Source of the DNA: Paraspadella gotoi
Taxonomy: Eukaryota; Animalia; Chaetognatha
DNA length: 64,000 bases
Direction of reading: 5' to 3'
Assembly (NCBI GenBank): GCA_051294375.1
Contig: CM119269.1
Span: forward strand, 16,825,030-16,889,029
The position numbers and the translations under genes are program-made. The notes below the pieces were generated by a model. It saw only the letters and a program-made list of their open reading frames with translations, had not been told where the DNA came from and made no database searches. Shown here in pieces: positions 12,162 through 23,700 of this stretch (the stretch's first letter is position 1; every line of letters starts with the position of its first letter).

Positions 12162-14405
12162 TTAAAAGTGTAAATGAATAATGAGAGCCGGCAAAATTAA
12201 AAATATCATACAAGGTAAGTTTGCAAAATCAGTGATTTTTCGAACGATCCAGCTTCTAAAATTGTATACATTTGAAAAAGAATCCATCATTTGGATAAAT
12301 GAACAAGAACGCATTGATAATCGGTTAGATGTAGTTGTTGAACAACACCTCCAAATTTTTTTTAAATCGTTCAACATTGACCTGATAATAGCTTCACTCC
12401 TTCTAACATTGACTCCATCGCCATCGCGAAACCTTTTTTCGTTAGAGTTTGATAAAATGTATAGACAAGTGTAAAACAATGAAAACATCAGAATAAAAAT
12501 CCACCTTTTGAAAAACTCGTTATTCTTTCTTCTGAATGGGATAGCAAAGAGCGAGGTAAAGAAAGGAAAAAACGAAAGACAAAAGAGAAAGAAATAGTTT
12601 TCGTGGAAAACATATGTTAAGTAAAACCTCGTGATAGTTTCTTGTATAGTAAATGGAGCAACTGGTCCCTGGTAGGAGCCATTCATTAAACAAATGCCAA
12701 TTATATTTTTATATTTTTCAATGTTGAAATATTGGATTGACAAGAAGAAGAGAAATGGAAGACAGAGTGAAAAAATAATTGACAAAAAGATTAGCGTCCA
12801 GGACACCATTCTGCTTTTCGCGCAAGATAAGAATTTTTTTAGTAGCATTAAAATAAAAAAAACAAATGCTAATGGAAAAAAATTAGAAATTAATAAATTC
12901 AAGGTAATTGATTTTCCTTGTATTAACGTTGATGGCTTTTTCATAAACATCAAAACGGCAACAAAAAAAACGGACTCCAAAGCTAAAAAATATTTCAGAA
13001 CCATTCTTTTATGAATTAAAAGTATAAGTGTATCCATCAAATAAAAGAGGGTCTCAGTAGAAAGTAAAATATGCATGAGTTTATTTTTTAGAAAAAAAAA
13101 TAAAGTATTGTTGCCATGATACACCAAAAATTGAATACGCCAATTTGAGTCCGATAAAGGTTTTGGTGGAAATAAAGAAATATAATAATTATTCACACTT
13201 CTTTCAAATTTTCGTGTTTGACTGCCATATGCAACAGCGTTTACATGAAAATGTTCCGTTCTAATTAGGTTAAAACGACTCTGCCATTTACTATTGGCAC
13301 TAACAAATAACAAATTATTCGAAGTGAGATTAAGAGTATAAATTACAAATTTGTGGCGACGGTAATTCAATCCAAGAGAAAATAAAAACAAATTAAAAAA
13401 TCCAGCGCAAATTCTTTGAAAAGTATCTTCAGTCATTTTTATTTCGGGCGGATTGTCGAAAAAACCGTAGTTATTCCGGATCGATTTGGCAAAGAACGCG
13501 AGTTCTGACGGAGTGAAAACTCGTAAAAGTAAAAAAGGAGCAAATATCAAAAAGGCGAAAGAATAATGCAAGGCGTTTGAGAAAATCAAGTATAAGCCAA
13601 GTCCAAGGCCCAAAGTGCTTTGCACGCTCCCCAAAAAAGCGCTAACCACTCTTAGTTGCCCTCTCTCTGTAAAGATTAGCATTTTAGAGCCTCGCGCTTT
13701 TACAAGTATCCCAACCAATGACGTACAAGATAAGGCCATAGAGACAAGAGTAGCATAATTTGTAATCTTCCAGATACAAATGTATGCCCACCCATAAGTG
13801 TGGCCCGCCTCGCAAAAACATTTTGTATTGGTATTTTCAAGGCTGTCATTTATTTTAAGATAATTAAATACCGATCCATTCAGTTTAGCCGTTCTAATAT
13901 AGGTCTTTAGTTGTAGCGATTCCAAGCTGGGCAGACACATGTCATCGTTTAACTTGATCATCGTAAAAATTGTCGATGCAGTTTGAAGAAGCAATTGAAA
14001 AAATGACTCAAGAAAAGCTTGTATCAAATTTAAATGAAAAATATGATTTTCTTTAAATTTCAAAACTAGAAAATTTGAGGCATTTCTTGCGAGATAAAAA
14101 TCAAAGGAGAGAGGAACGATGGACAATCCCACCAAGTGAAAGAGAAAGGTCAACGCTCTTCGCAAAGGAGTACTCCATAAGTTGACGAAATGTTCTTGGT
14201 GCTTCATAATGATCCCCAAACCGTAGACCATCGAGATCAAGCAATGCGATGAGAACACTGCTAAAAATAAGAGGCCCAATGAAGTTATGAAGGGCTCGTT
14301 GAAAGAGAGATGATCGGCGATGGTCTTCAAATCCGTGGACAAGTCGGCGACAGCGAGAAGCGTCGTGACGACGACTTCCAAATTCCCTAATCTCGACGCC
14401 TCCAT
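12162..14405 (-). CDS. Single-exon multi-pass membrane protein (~747 aa) with an XK-related (Xkr/CED-8-like) N-terminal region
   Basis: Only long, non-repetitive, stop-free ORF in the window. The track starts it at TTG 14417; the first ATG is 14405 and there is an in-frame stop ~65 bp upstream. It has many hydrophobic segments. Motifs LAVADLSTD (TM1), IQAFLESFFQLLLQ (cf. XK-family FEAFLESAPQLxLQ) and VSMALSCTSLVG (cf. SxxSLVSLAW) occur in the order expected for the XK-related family. Family call made by eye. Confidence 0.8.
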   Translation of the reverse strand: MEASRLGNLEVVVTTLLAVADLSTDLKTIADHLSFNEPFITSLGLLFLAVFSSHCLISMVYGLGIIMKHQEHFVNLWSTPLRRALTFLFHLVGLSIVPLSFDFYLARNASNFLVLKFKENHIFHLNLIQAFLESFFQLLLQTASTIFTMIKLNDDMCLPSLESLQLKTYIRTAKLNGSVFNYLKINDSLENTNTKCFCEAGHTYGWAYICIWKITNYATLVSMALSCTSLVGILVKARGSKMLIFTERGQLRVVSAFLGSVQSTLGLGLGLYLIFSNALHYSFAFLIFAPFLLLRVFTPSELAFFAKSIRNNYGFFDNPPEIKMTEDTFQRICAGFFNLFLFSLGLNYRRHKFVIYTLNLTSNNLLFVSANSKWQSRFNLIRTEHFHVNAVAYGSQTRKFERSVNNYYISLFPPKPLSDSNWRIQFLVYHGNNTLFFFLKNKLMHILLSTETLFYLMDTLILLIHKRMVLKYFLALESVFFVAVLMFMKKPSTLIQGKSITLNLLISNFFPLAFVFFILMLLKKFLSCAKSRMVSWTLIFLSIIFSLCLPFLFFLSIQYFNIEKYKNIIGICLMNGSYQGPVAPFTIQETITRFYLTYVFHENYFFLFCLSFFPFFTSLFAIPFRRKNNEFFKRWIFILMFSLFYTCLYILSNSNEKRFRDGDGVNVRRSEAIIRSMLNDLKKIWRCCSTTTSNRLSMRSCSFIQMMDSFSNVYNFRSWIVRKITDFANLPCMIFLILPALIIHLHF

Positions 14406-15708
14406 CTTGCCTTTCAAATTCAGAGTTTGGAAATTCTGGAATCTCGATTCGGATGTGACTGAAGCGTCGTTTTAGAATGTAAGGAATTGTTATAATGTTA
14501 TGAACGTCGTTGTCGCTATAGATTGTTTGGAATCTTGGAACCGAGAAATGTCAATCGGAGCTAGACGAGAGTCGGTAGAGTAAAATGTCAAAGCCAAGTC
14601 AGCGACCGATATAAATTAACGGGACGAAAGCGATGATTATATATGGAAATTGCATCTCATATGTATATTAGATAATGGTAAAGTGACTGTTAGAGAATAT
14701 GAAATTGAAAATAGTTTTAAGATTTATCTTATAGATAAGCGGAAGCATTTAAAAAATATTTTATTACTTTATAACAACAAACATTTTGGATTAAATAACT
14801 TAATTAATTAATTAATTACCTCTAACATCGTGGGCAGATCCGACATTGTTTGATCAAACTTGTTTTAAATTATTCCAAGCGTCTTAAAAATATCACAAAA
14901 AATTTTTCACAATTCTTCACCATTTTTCCTATACCTTTATTGTCTCGTATTTTCGTCTTCTACACATCATTAGAATTATGATTATCATCCACCTCATTAT
15001 CATCTTCATTTTCATCATTATCATTATCAACATAACGTCGTCATTGGCGCCATCTTTCACTCTGTCGTCGTCATTGTCATCGTTGTCGAAACTCGAAAGT
15101 ATATTTTTTTCGTGTACATCGCTTCATCTCCCACCATACTTTGACATATTAGTTATACATATTAGTTATACATATTATTACTACTTTGTCCATCGTCGTC
15201 TCTGTCGTCTTCATCATCGTTAGTGGTAATCGCCATCCTCCTCTTTGGTCGTCGTCGTCGTTGTCATCTTTTTTTTTCATTCATTCTACAACCTTTAGGA
15301 TTTGCATAGATATTTATTCTCACGGTCATTGTGATTATCATTGACGTCCTCATCGAAAGGCTTGATAAGTTAGTAATTCAGTATTTTGGTATCTATTGCA
15401 AAATTTGTTTCTGATTAACGTTTGATCTCCTGATTAATTTAAGTACATCTTCAACTTCTTTAATTCTCTTCATAGTTTTGTCGTTATACTCGTCCCCTTC
15501 TTTGTAATCGTCTTCGTTTTCGTCTTCATCGTCGTCGTCATCGTCGTCGTTGTCGTCGTCGCTGACTCCGTGGGCCCGGAGTCACAGGATCATAATTTAA
15601 TCATCATAACACAATTTTTTTTTCTTCTTCTTCTTTGCGCGCGATTCCTTTCTTAGCGAAGTCTCTCGGCCCCTGGGGGTCGAGAGATGTCCAAAGAAGA
15701 TCACGAAC

Positions 15709-15781
<73 letters not shown>

Positions 15782-15852
15782 AGAGAGATATAGAAGAATC
15801 TGCTTACATCCTTTCCGATAAATATACATAATGGTTGTCCAGGGAGAAAATG

Positions 15853-15915
<63 letters not shown>

Positions 15916-18900
15916 AGAGAGAGTGAAAAAGAGACGAGAGAAAGAGTTGCGCACGTCGAGGCGAGATTCATTTTCGCCAGGTCTCTCTCTAAATCCAATT
16001 AAGGAGAATGACGGTTCTTCCTTTCTCGCGGATCGACAGAGAAAGAGCCAAGATGGAAATGCCTCTCAGGGAAAACGTCTCTCTCTCTCTCTTCTCTTCT
16101 CTTCTCTCTCTCTCTCTCTCTTCTCTGTCTCATATAACGAGTGCCATAAGACGCGATGTACGTCTCGTAGAAAAAACTATGCAGTTAAAAAAAAAATTTC
16201 AGTATTGATTTTTTCATTTTTATTGTTTCTCATCCGAGGGCATTACTCCCTGAATGTTAGTAGAAAATTAATGCAAAATCTCTTAAAGCTCTCAAGATAC
16301 AGTTAAATACATAAATGCTGACAGAATTCAAACCTAAAAAAGAAGATTGGTTTATTCTTTAACATGTGAACAAATATCTTTTAAAAAACAATCGAATCTC
16401 CTCTGTTTAAGGCTTCGTTTGATATCAAAAATTCAAACATTTGGTCTGTCCATATCTGTTCTGTCCATCCTTTCTCCAGTACCTTTAAAGTCTTATTACT
16501 TATGTTTGGATGAATCAATTGAGTTTGAAATTTTGTCTGTGATTAAAAACTAGTTCATTGAGCTGGAATTTAGTTTCAATGGATCAAGCTAGTAGAAGTA
16601 GGTTTTAATAGAAAAAGTAAAGATCAATTTTAATTTATTAATTTAATTTGTATTTTTTAATATTATTTTTAGATGCGCCGAGATTAAGAGCCACGCAAGT
16701 CTATCAAAACTTTTTTTATTTTCGTTATATACGGTCGATTTTTATTTGACCTAAAGCTAATTTTTAATTTATATTTACTACATACCGAAACCTAGAATGT
16801 TTAATCTGCATGGAATAACGATGTATTTAATCTGTACATGGATAACTTTTCCATTTACAGGATAATGGCTTTAGGATTTATAGGACGTTGCCTGGATGTC
16901 TGGCTATTGCCCATTTAACAATTTTTTTAAAAAATATCTTGAACCACTTAAAAATTGGGTCAAAATTTTTTTTAAAAACTTGCTGAGCTCTAATATATTT
17001 AAAATTTTTTTCTTAAAATTTTGCTAACTTGTCTCAATAGGGTTTGTAAACTTCTGTAGAAATATTGTTACTATCAAAAAGTTTTTTTCTATATTATCAG
17101 TGCTAATATTTAGATGGGTCATTTTTTCAATGATACATAACTTCCTTATTTGTGAATATTATGGTTTAAATTTTAGTAATAGGTGGGCCTTGGGTAGTCC
17201 TGCAATACATATATTTATTGATAAATCAACCACTTATTAATTATATTCATATCCATAGTCTAGATCTGGATTGAAAATTAGAGCTCAGGATAAGTTTTTA
17301 CCATAGAGTTCATTACTGTTGGTCACATTTGTTATCCATACAGTTGCTGACTCTCTTTCTGTCTCTCTCTCTTTCTTCCTTAACCAGTGCCGCGATTTCA
17401 CTTTTCAGTCACATAAAATATCTTTCTAATCTGACGTCTCCTGGTTACGAAAAAAAAATATTTGTGATAGCCTCGAACGTGCAACCTTCGCATCTTAAAC
17501 AACAAAAGAATTCTCTCTCTCACTTTAGCTTTTGCTCTCTAGCTCTCACTCTTTGCCTCACTCTCTCTATGTCGCTTTCTCTTTGTTTCTGCATCAATTT
17601 CAGAACTTTTGCTCATTTACATTACATTACACACATTACAGTATTATTATTAAAGCAATGATTCTAAAAAATAATAGCAAATGATCACAATAACATAAGA
17701 TAAGAAAAACTGTCCTCCAAATCCCTCTTGAATACTTATGGAAAACATAAAAGAAAAAAAAAGAAAAAAACGAAAAATTTAAAAAAAAACTTTTTCAGAC
17801 CATGCTCACAAAAGAATTATAATTTTGCTTAAAAAATAAATAAATCAAAAAAAATAAAAACATCAGATTGTGACAAAATCGATTGGGAAAAATCTGATTT
17901 TTTCAAATGCAAAATTTATTTCTCAAATTCCTTATTTATAATTCTCCATGAGACAAATGTTTTTTTCGAAAATTTAAATATTCAACTTTTTAATTAATTA
18001 AAAATCATTTTAGTATACTAAATTTTAAAATTATTTTTTATAAAATTTTACCTAAAGTTCTAAGAAGATGCTTTTCCCAAAAATGTCTCTTAGATCTTTC
18101 TTAAAACGCCAAAACAGTCACAGCCACAAAATGAATACAAAAACTAGAAAAAAGCAATATTGTTTTGTCATTCTGATTTAGAGATATTTGGTTGATTGTT
18201 ATGCCTTAAAATTTCCTTTAAATGAAAAAATAATAGGTTTAAAAGATAGCTCTTGATCTCTAGTTGTTAAATTGAGTTTGAATATAACTTTTTTTAATCA
18301 ACAAGTTTAACCAGATTAATTACAATGACGATGGTATGAAATTTTGTCACCGTTTTAAGCTACTTTTAGCCTGATTTTTTACATATTTTGATTATCTTTG
18401 GCGATCTTACTGATTAAAAACAGTCAAGTAAAAAGCCTATGTTCTTTCGAATATAAGGCATATGTTAGTAATCAGACAGAGTAAAAATTTCGGTCACAAG
18501 ATAAAGAATTTTGCATGAGAAGAGCGTGAATAAAATTTTCCACGGAACTGTGCACCGCGACTAACCGGAACCGCGAAACTCGAATGAGCTTTCGTCGATG
18601 AGCCAAGACAGGAAACGAGCTTCGAAGAATTAGTAGAGGGGATGTTGTTTAGTCCTACCGATTATTATGACTCGTTATGAGTTTTCATATGCTTTTTTAT
18701 GTTTATAGCGATTAAGCCATATTAGACATTATTCAACTGGAAAGTTCATTGACTGCAAATCGGTTTTTATTTTGGTTGTTTGTTTAGCTCTGTTAAAGTT
18801 TTTGTGTGTTTTGTTGAAGTTAGTTATATCTTTTGTTTGTTTATTTATAATATTATGTCAAAATTTCTCGTATGTTTGCTGATGAAATATTTATATATAT

Positions 18901-18925
18901 AACTAATATCACCTTGTTCTTGCAG

Positions 18926-19326
18926 CATCACCTACTTTCCATAAAGGCTCCAATTTTCATCTTTCAAAAATTCGACAAAGAATCACGCCGTGTCCCGTAA
19001 CCGAATCACGAAACTCTCATCCACTTTCAAATACAAAGTCCGGCGAAGTCACAATGCTCTTACAAATGACAAAGCCAAGTCGCGGCCCCGCGCGGTGGAA
19101 AAAAAAACTCTCAACTGGTCACCCCATCCAAGTCAAGCGCCACGGTGCGGCCTTCTCATTCGTGTCACTGTCACGACTCTGTCGAAAACTCAATTCCCTA
19201 GGTTCTTCTTTGATTAACGATGCGGATAATGAATCCACCGACGGAGAAAAAGGTCGAATCCCGGCGACGATGCCACGTCGCGCACCGGAAAGAACTACCG
19301 GAACCCAATTCAGATTAAAATGCTAA
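18926..19326 (+). CDS. Candidate terminal exon, unknown basic Ser/Thr-rich product
   Basis: Branch-point-like ACTAAT (18902-18907) and pyrimidine tract ccttgttcttgcAG (to 18925) precede ~133 open codons (SPTFHKGSNFHLSKIRQRITP...GTQFRLKC*), more GC-rich than the flanks. No upstream exon or homology recognised. Confidence 0.3.
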
Positions 19327-19781
19327 AAACCGATTACCGGTAATAATTCCAATGAACTTGTTTTATTTAATTAATTGTTCATAAAGGACTGATTAATAAT
19401 TTAAACTAAGGATGAAACCGAATATTAACAACACACACAAAAAAAAGAGTAAAACAAGAGGTAACGAAAATAACCGACTTGCTTCACTCATTGATGAGAA
19501 AAACTTGAGTTGTGCCCAAGTGATGACGGTAATGAGTTTGGCGTCAAAAGTAGGACCGAGTAGGGTTCCGGAGGGCGAGGAAAATTGTTCACGATCTTAA
19601 CCAAATTAGGGGAAACGTGATAGGTGACGGATGATGGCGTCGGTTTGAGCGTCGGTTTTATGTCGCAAGGGTCCTTGTCTTATTCGTTGCTCAATTCTCA
19701 CTTTTGATGTTAGCTCTCGTCGGCGTCACGCTCTCTCGCCGGCGTCAATAGCAGAGTAGTTGGCGTTCTTGAGAGCGTCGT

Positions 19782-19831
19782 CGGCGTTGGCCTCGTCACG
19801 TGACGGCGTTGGCCTCGTCACGTGACGGCGT
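19782..19831. repeat. 22-bp tandem duplication carrying two 12-bp palindromes CGTCACGTGACG (E-box/CLEAR-type)
   Basis: cggcgttggcctcgtcacgtga twice; palindromes at 19794-19805 and 19816-19827. Confidence 0.85.
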
Positions 19832-21483
19832 CTTCGGCGTCAAGGAACGAACGTCGTCGGGGAAATGAAAAAAAAAAAAACGTCATAACGAGAAACTCAA
19901 AGACGAAACGAGAAAAACAAACCGAAGAAAGAATTAATGGGAGGAGGGGAAAAAGGAGAACGAGCGTGAAGATGGGATGAGGATTGGGTGAGTGAAAAGA
20001 GTTAACGCCCGGGATGTGAGGTCTCGTAGAAAATTGTAAAGAAAGGAGAGAAGAAGATTTTGATATGGATCTGTCAAAACACAAGATGGAGATGGACGAG
20101 ATTTAAATGTTAAAATATGAAATATGAAAAAAGAAATAGCCTAACATTTATGTACAAATAAAGAGATTTTCTAAAAGAGCAAAAGTCAAGATAAGAGAGA
20201 ATGTAGATTGTAGTTTGCAGATTGGAGAAGAGGAACACAGAAAAAAGAAGAATAAAAGGTGTGAAAAAAGTAAAATAAAAAAAGCAAAGTAGGATAAAAT
20301 ATATATGGAGGGAAAATAAAGAAAGATGGAAATATAAAAAAAAAATATAAAAGGATATTGGTAGCGCCTGAGATTAAAGATAAAGAAAAGTACCAAAAAA
20401 AAAACATTAAAAGAGAGAAAAACATCAACGTCCCACTGAAAAAGAGAAAGAGAGAAATAACCGACGCGTTTCTTCAAAGAAAAAAAAAAGCCAAACATAT
20501 TTCTTTTTTTTTTAAGTTTTCTTTTTTTTGCCCGCGATGTTTTGGTTGTTTTTTTTTCTGTGAAGATGTACAAAGCAAAACAAGAGCACCTCGCGGTGTT
20601 TTCTTTTCATTTTTCTCTTCCGACGAAAAGAGGACGTTCGCTTCGTTGCGCCACAAACTGGAAGCCGCTTTTCCTTCTCCGTTTAAAAATTCTTCTTTGC
20701 TTGTTCCTTATTTCTGGATTCCTGTTTCTTCTCTCTTGTTTCTTGTTATTTTTTGTATACATCTTATTTATTGATTCGTCTTTCTTTATCTTTTTTTATT
20801 TCATTATAATTTTCTAATATTTCTCTTATTTATTTAAATTCATTTTAGTTTCTTGTTTCCTGTTTTTTTTTTCTGTAATTGTTACTATGAAATTGGTACA
20901 ACCAATATAAAAATTATCCATTCATTTAATAAATAAGCTATGTAATTTATCCTGTTTTTGCATTTATGTATTTCTGTATTTATAACATGTTCCTAAAAAC
21001 CAGACTTCCTCATATATTTACGATTTCTATACTCTTCATGACGAGACATACATTGGTTTAATCCAGAGCAATTCCCCGGATGTTGGCCTCTCCACCCTTT
21101 CGGTATGAATTAGGTCATTTATAAACATCCGTTATATTCACCCACGAGTCATTCACACAGCACTTTTGCTAACACAGAAACGGTAAACAAACGAATAAAC
21201 TTTGTTTATCGTTCATCTCTTTAAACTGCCTCACCCACTCTTTCCTGACAAGGGTCCACCCAAGTAAGAAAATACAATCGGCCAACCGCACGCACGCCCT
21301 CTTTCCGGAGGGAACGCCCGACAAAAGCCGCGCCCCCTCAAAGTAGAGCCGAACAAAAGAGCATTCCGGTTACGAAAGACTAACGGCGCCCTCGGACACA
21401 AAAAAAAAGATGGCGTTGGCGCCGTAGAGGAACAAACATCGTAAACAAATAGACGTAAACAAACAATTCGAAGTGTGAGAAGA

Positions 21484-21525
<42 letters not shown>

Positions 21526-21528
21526 AGA

Positions 21529-21559
<31 letters not shown>

Positions 21560-22615
21560 AGCAGCCGACCATGGAGAAATGAATAAAATGAAAATAACGA
21601 CAAATGGGGAAAAAAACTTAAAATGAAATTGTTTATTTCAATACATTAGGTATTAAGGCAGGCCAAAATTGACCACTTTTTATCATTAAGAGTTCTGTAA
21701 TATAAAATTCATTTGTCCATCATATACTTTACTCGTGAAGCACAGTATAACATTGAAGCATTTAAATATTTATCAATGCATAGTCAATTTTTTTTAAGAA
21801 CGGATTCAGGTAGCCCATAAAAAGTTGTCTAAACAAAGTCAAATAATAAAATACTCTATAAAATCATCATTATCATCATCGTATCATAATTTTTATAGTT
21901 TTTTTTCTAATTTTAACCCATAAAACATAAAAATTAGGAAATCTTGTAGTAATATTTTTTATTTATCTTTTCAAGCTCTACCGTTTTTAAAAATTCCTAT
22001 TTAAAAAAAAATTTCATGATTTATAGAAAATATATTATTTTTTTTTAAATTTCGTTATCCCACAGAAATGCTCTAACGTTATTTATATTATAGAACTTTT
22101 AGTTTTTACTTTGTTCCGCCTTATTAGGTATAGTATCTTTTTTTCGAAATTGATTTATTAAAATCTATAAGTTCATTGATAAAATTCTGTTTTGTGGTTG
22201 TAGTAGTATAAAAACGAAGTGCGATAAAATTGCAATATCTCATTAAATCGGAATTAGGAAATGAAAAAAAAAAACTATATGAAATTGGTTGAACCTTGAG
22301 CAAACAATTCCCGATCTGCTCAAGAACATTAGCGATAATTAATTTATTTATTTAAATAATTGATTAATTAATTAATTATTAAGCCATGTAAGAAATTTTG
22401 TGTCCATCGAAAGTATATTTAAAAAATTATAAATTTTCGTTTGAGCATGTCCTGACTCTAAATTTTTGACTCACACCATTGAGTGGGGCTTCCCCTAATA
22501 ATAAAACAATTTGTTAAACCTTAAACTAAAAAACGAAAAAAAGAGATGAGGAGCATCTGTAACATCTGTGATTTGGTTACAAAACGCAGAAAAAAATTAG
22601 GGAAAAAATTTAAAA

Positions 22616-22764
22616 AGGGGAAAAGAAAAGCAAAGAAAAGATCCGAGACAACCGAGATGAAAAAAAAAGAAAAAAAAAGAAAAAAAGGGGAAAAAAAAAA
22701 GAAAAGCAAAGAAAAGATCCGAGACAACCGAGATGAAAAAAAAAGAAAAAAAAGAAAAAAAAAG
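22616..22764 (+). repeat. ~78-bp A-rich tandem duplication (two copies)
   Basis: aagaaaagcaaagaaaagatccgagacaaccgagatgaaaaa occurs at ~22623 and ~22699. Confidence 0.9.
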
Positions 22765-22992
22765 AATGAGAGCCGTAAATCTACTTTAGTGTTAATTATC
22801 GTAAGTATAATCGATGGTTGAATAAAGTCTGAATCCAATTAAACCCCTCGCGATTGAGCCGCTTCGACTAGGAGAAAAGAAATCATAAAAAAGAAAAAGA
22901 AAAGGAAAAAGATAAAAAGGAAATGATATAAAAGAGGTAGGAAAGAGAGAAATACGAGGGTCGTGAGGGAAAGACGCGGCCCGAGCGGAGAG

Positions 22993-23057
<65 letters not shown>

Positions 23058-23599
23058 AGGCAGGATTGAGATAAATGGCCGACTTGTTTTTTCTCCATCG
23101 CCTTTTTCTCTATGAGAGGGAGAGACATCTCCCTTTTCTTTCTTTCTTTCTTTCTTTTTTTTTTCTTATCGCCGTTTCCTTCTGAAGGGGAAGTCGCATC
23201 TACGTTTATATTTCGATCTTTTTTAAAATTTATTTTAAGGCTTTTTAATTTTCAAATTGACGTTTTTAAAATTTTTTTATTCTATTTTTTTTATTTTATA
23301 AAATTGGTACAACCATTGTAAAATGACTATAAAATGCCCCTGACTTAGGAGATTCTGTGCTGGATTATTAAGTAAGAAATCATATCGTTTTAATTTTGTC
23401 CGTGTCTACCTAAGAGGAAAGAACTTTCTCCGTATCATATCCTTTGTCCCCTTAAAACGACGCAGCATCCACGCCCTCTATCGTGACCGCCCTCCCCGCC
23501 CTTCTCGACGGAATGGTACGTCCCCCCCAATTTCTTTCCCTCACCTTTTCCTCTTCGAAAGGAAGCGAGGAACCTTACCCCCGCCGCAGCCGCCCCCAC

Positions 23600-23700
23600 C
23601 GCAGCCGCTGCCGCCACCGCTGCCGCCACCGCTGCCGCCACCGCTGCCGCCACCGCTGCCGCCACCGCTGCCGCCACCGCTGCCGCCACCGCTGCCACCC
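23600..23700. repeat. 12-bp GC-rich minisatellite (GCTGCCGCCACC), ~7-8 units
   Basis: Direct reading; it accounts for the overlapping AAAV/GGGS/RCRH/RWRQ ORFs in the track. Confidence 0.95.

Noticed and set aside
12405-12435. Caspase site (RDGDG) in the C-terminal tail of the XK-like protein, as in Xkr8
   Set aside because: It does not fit DxxD at P4-P1, so it is too weak to claim.
12181-13014. Plus-strand ORFs of 97 and 106 aa
   Set aside because: They are antisense shadows of the long minus-strand membrane-protein ORF.
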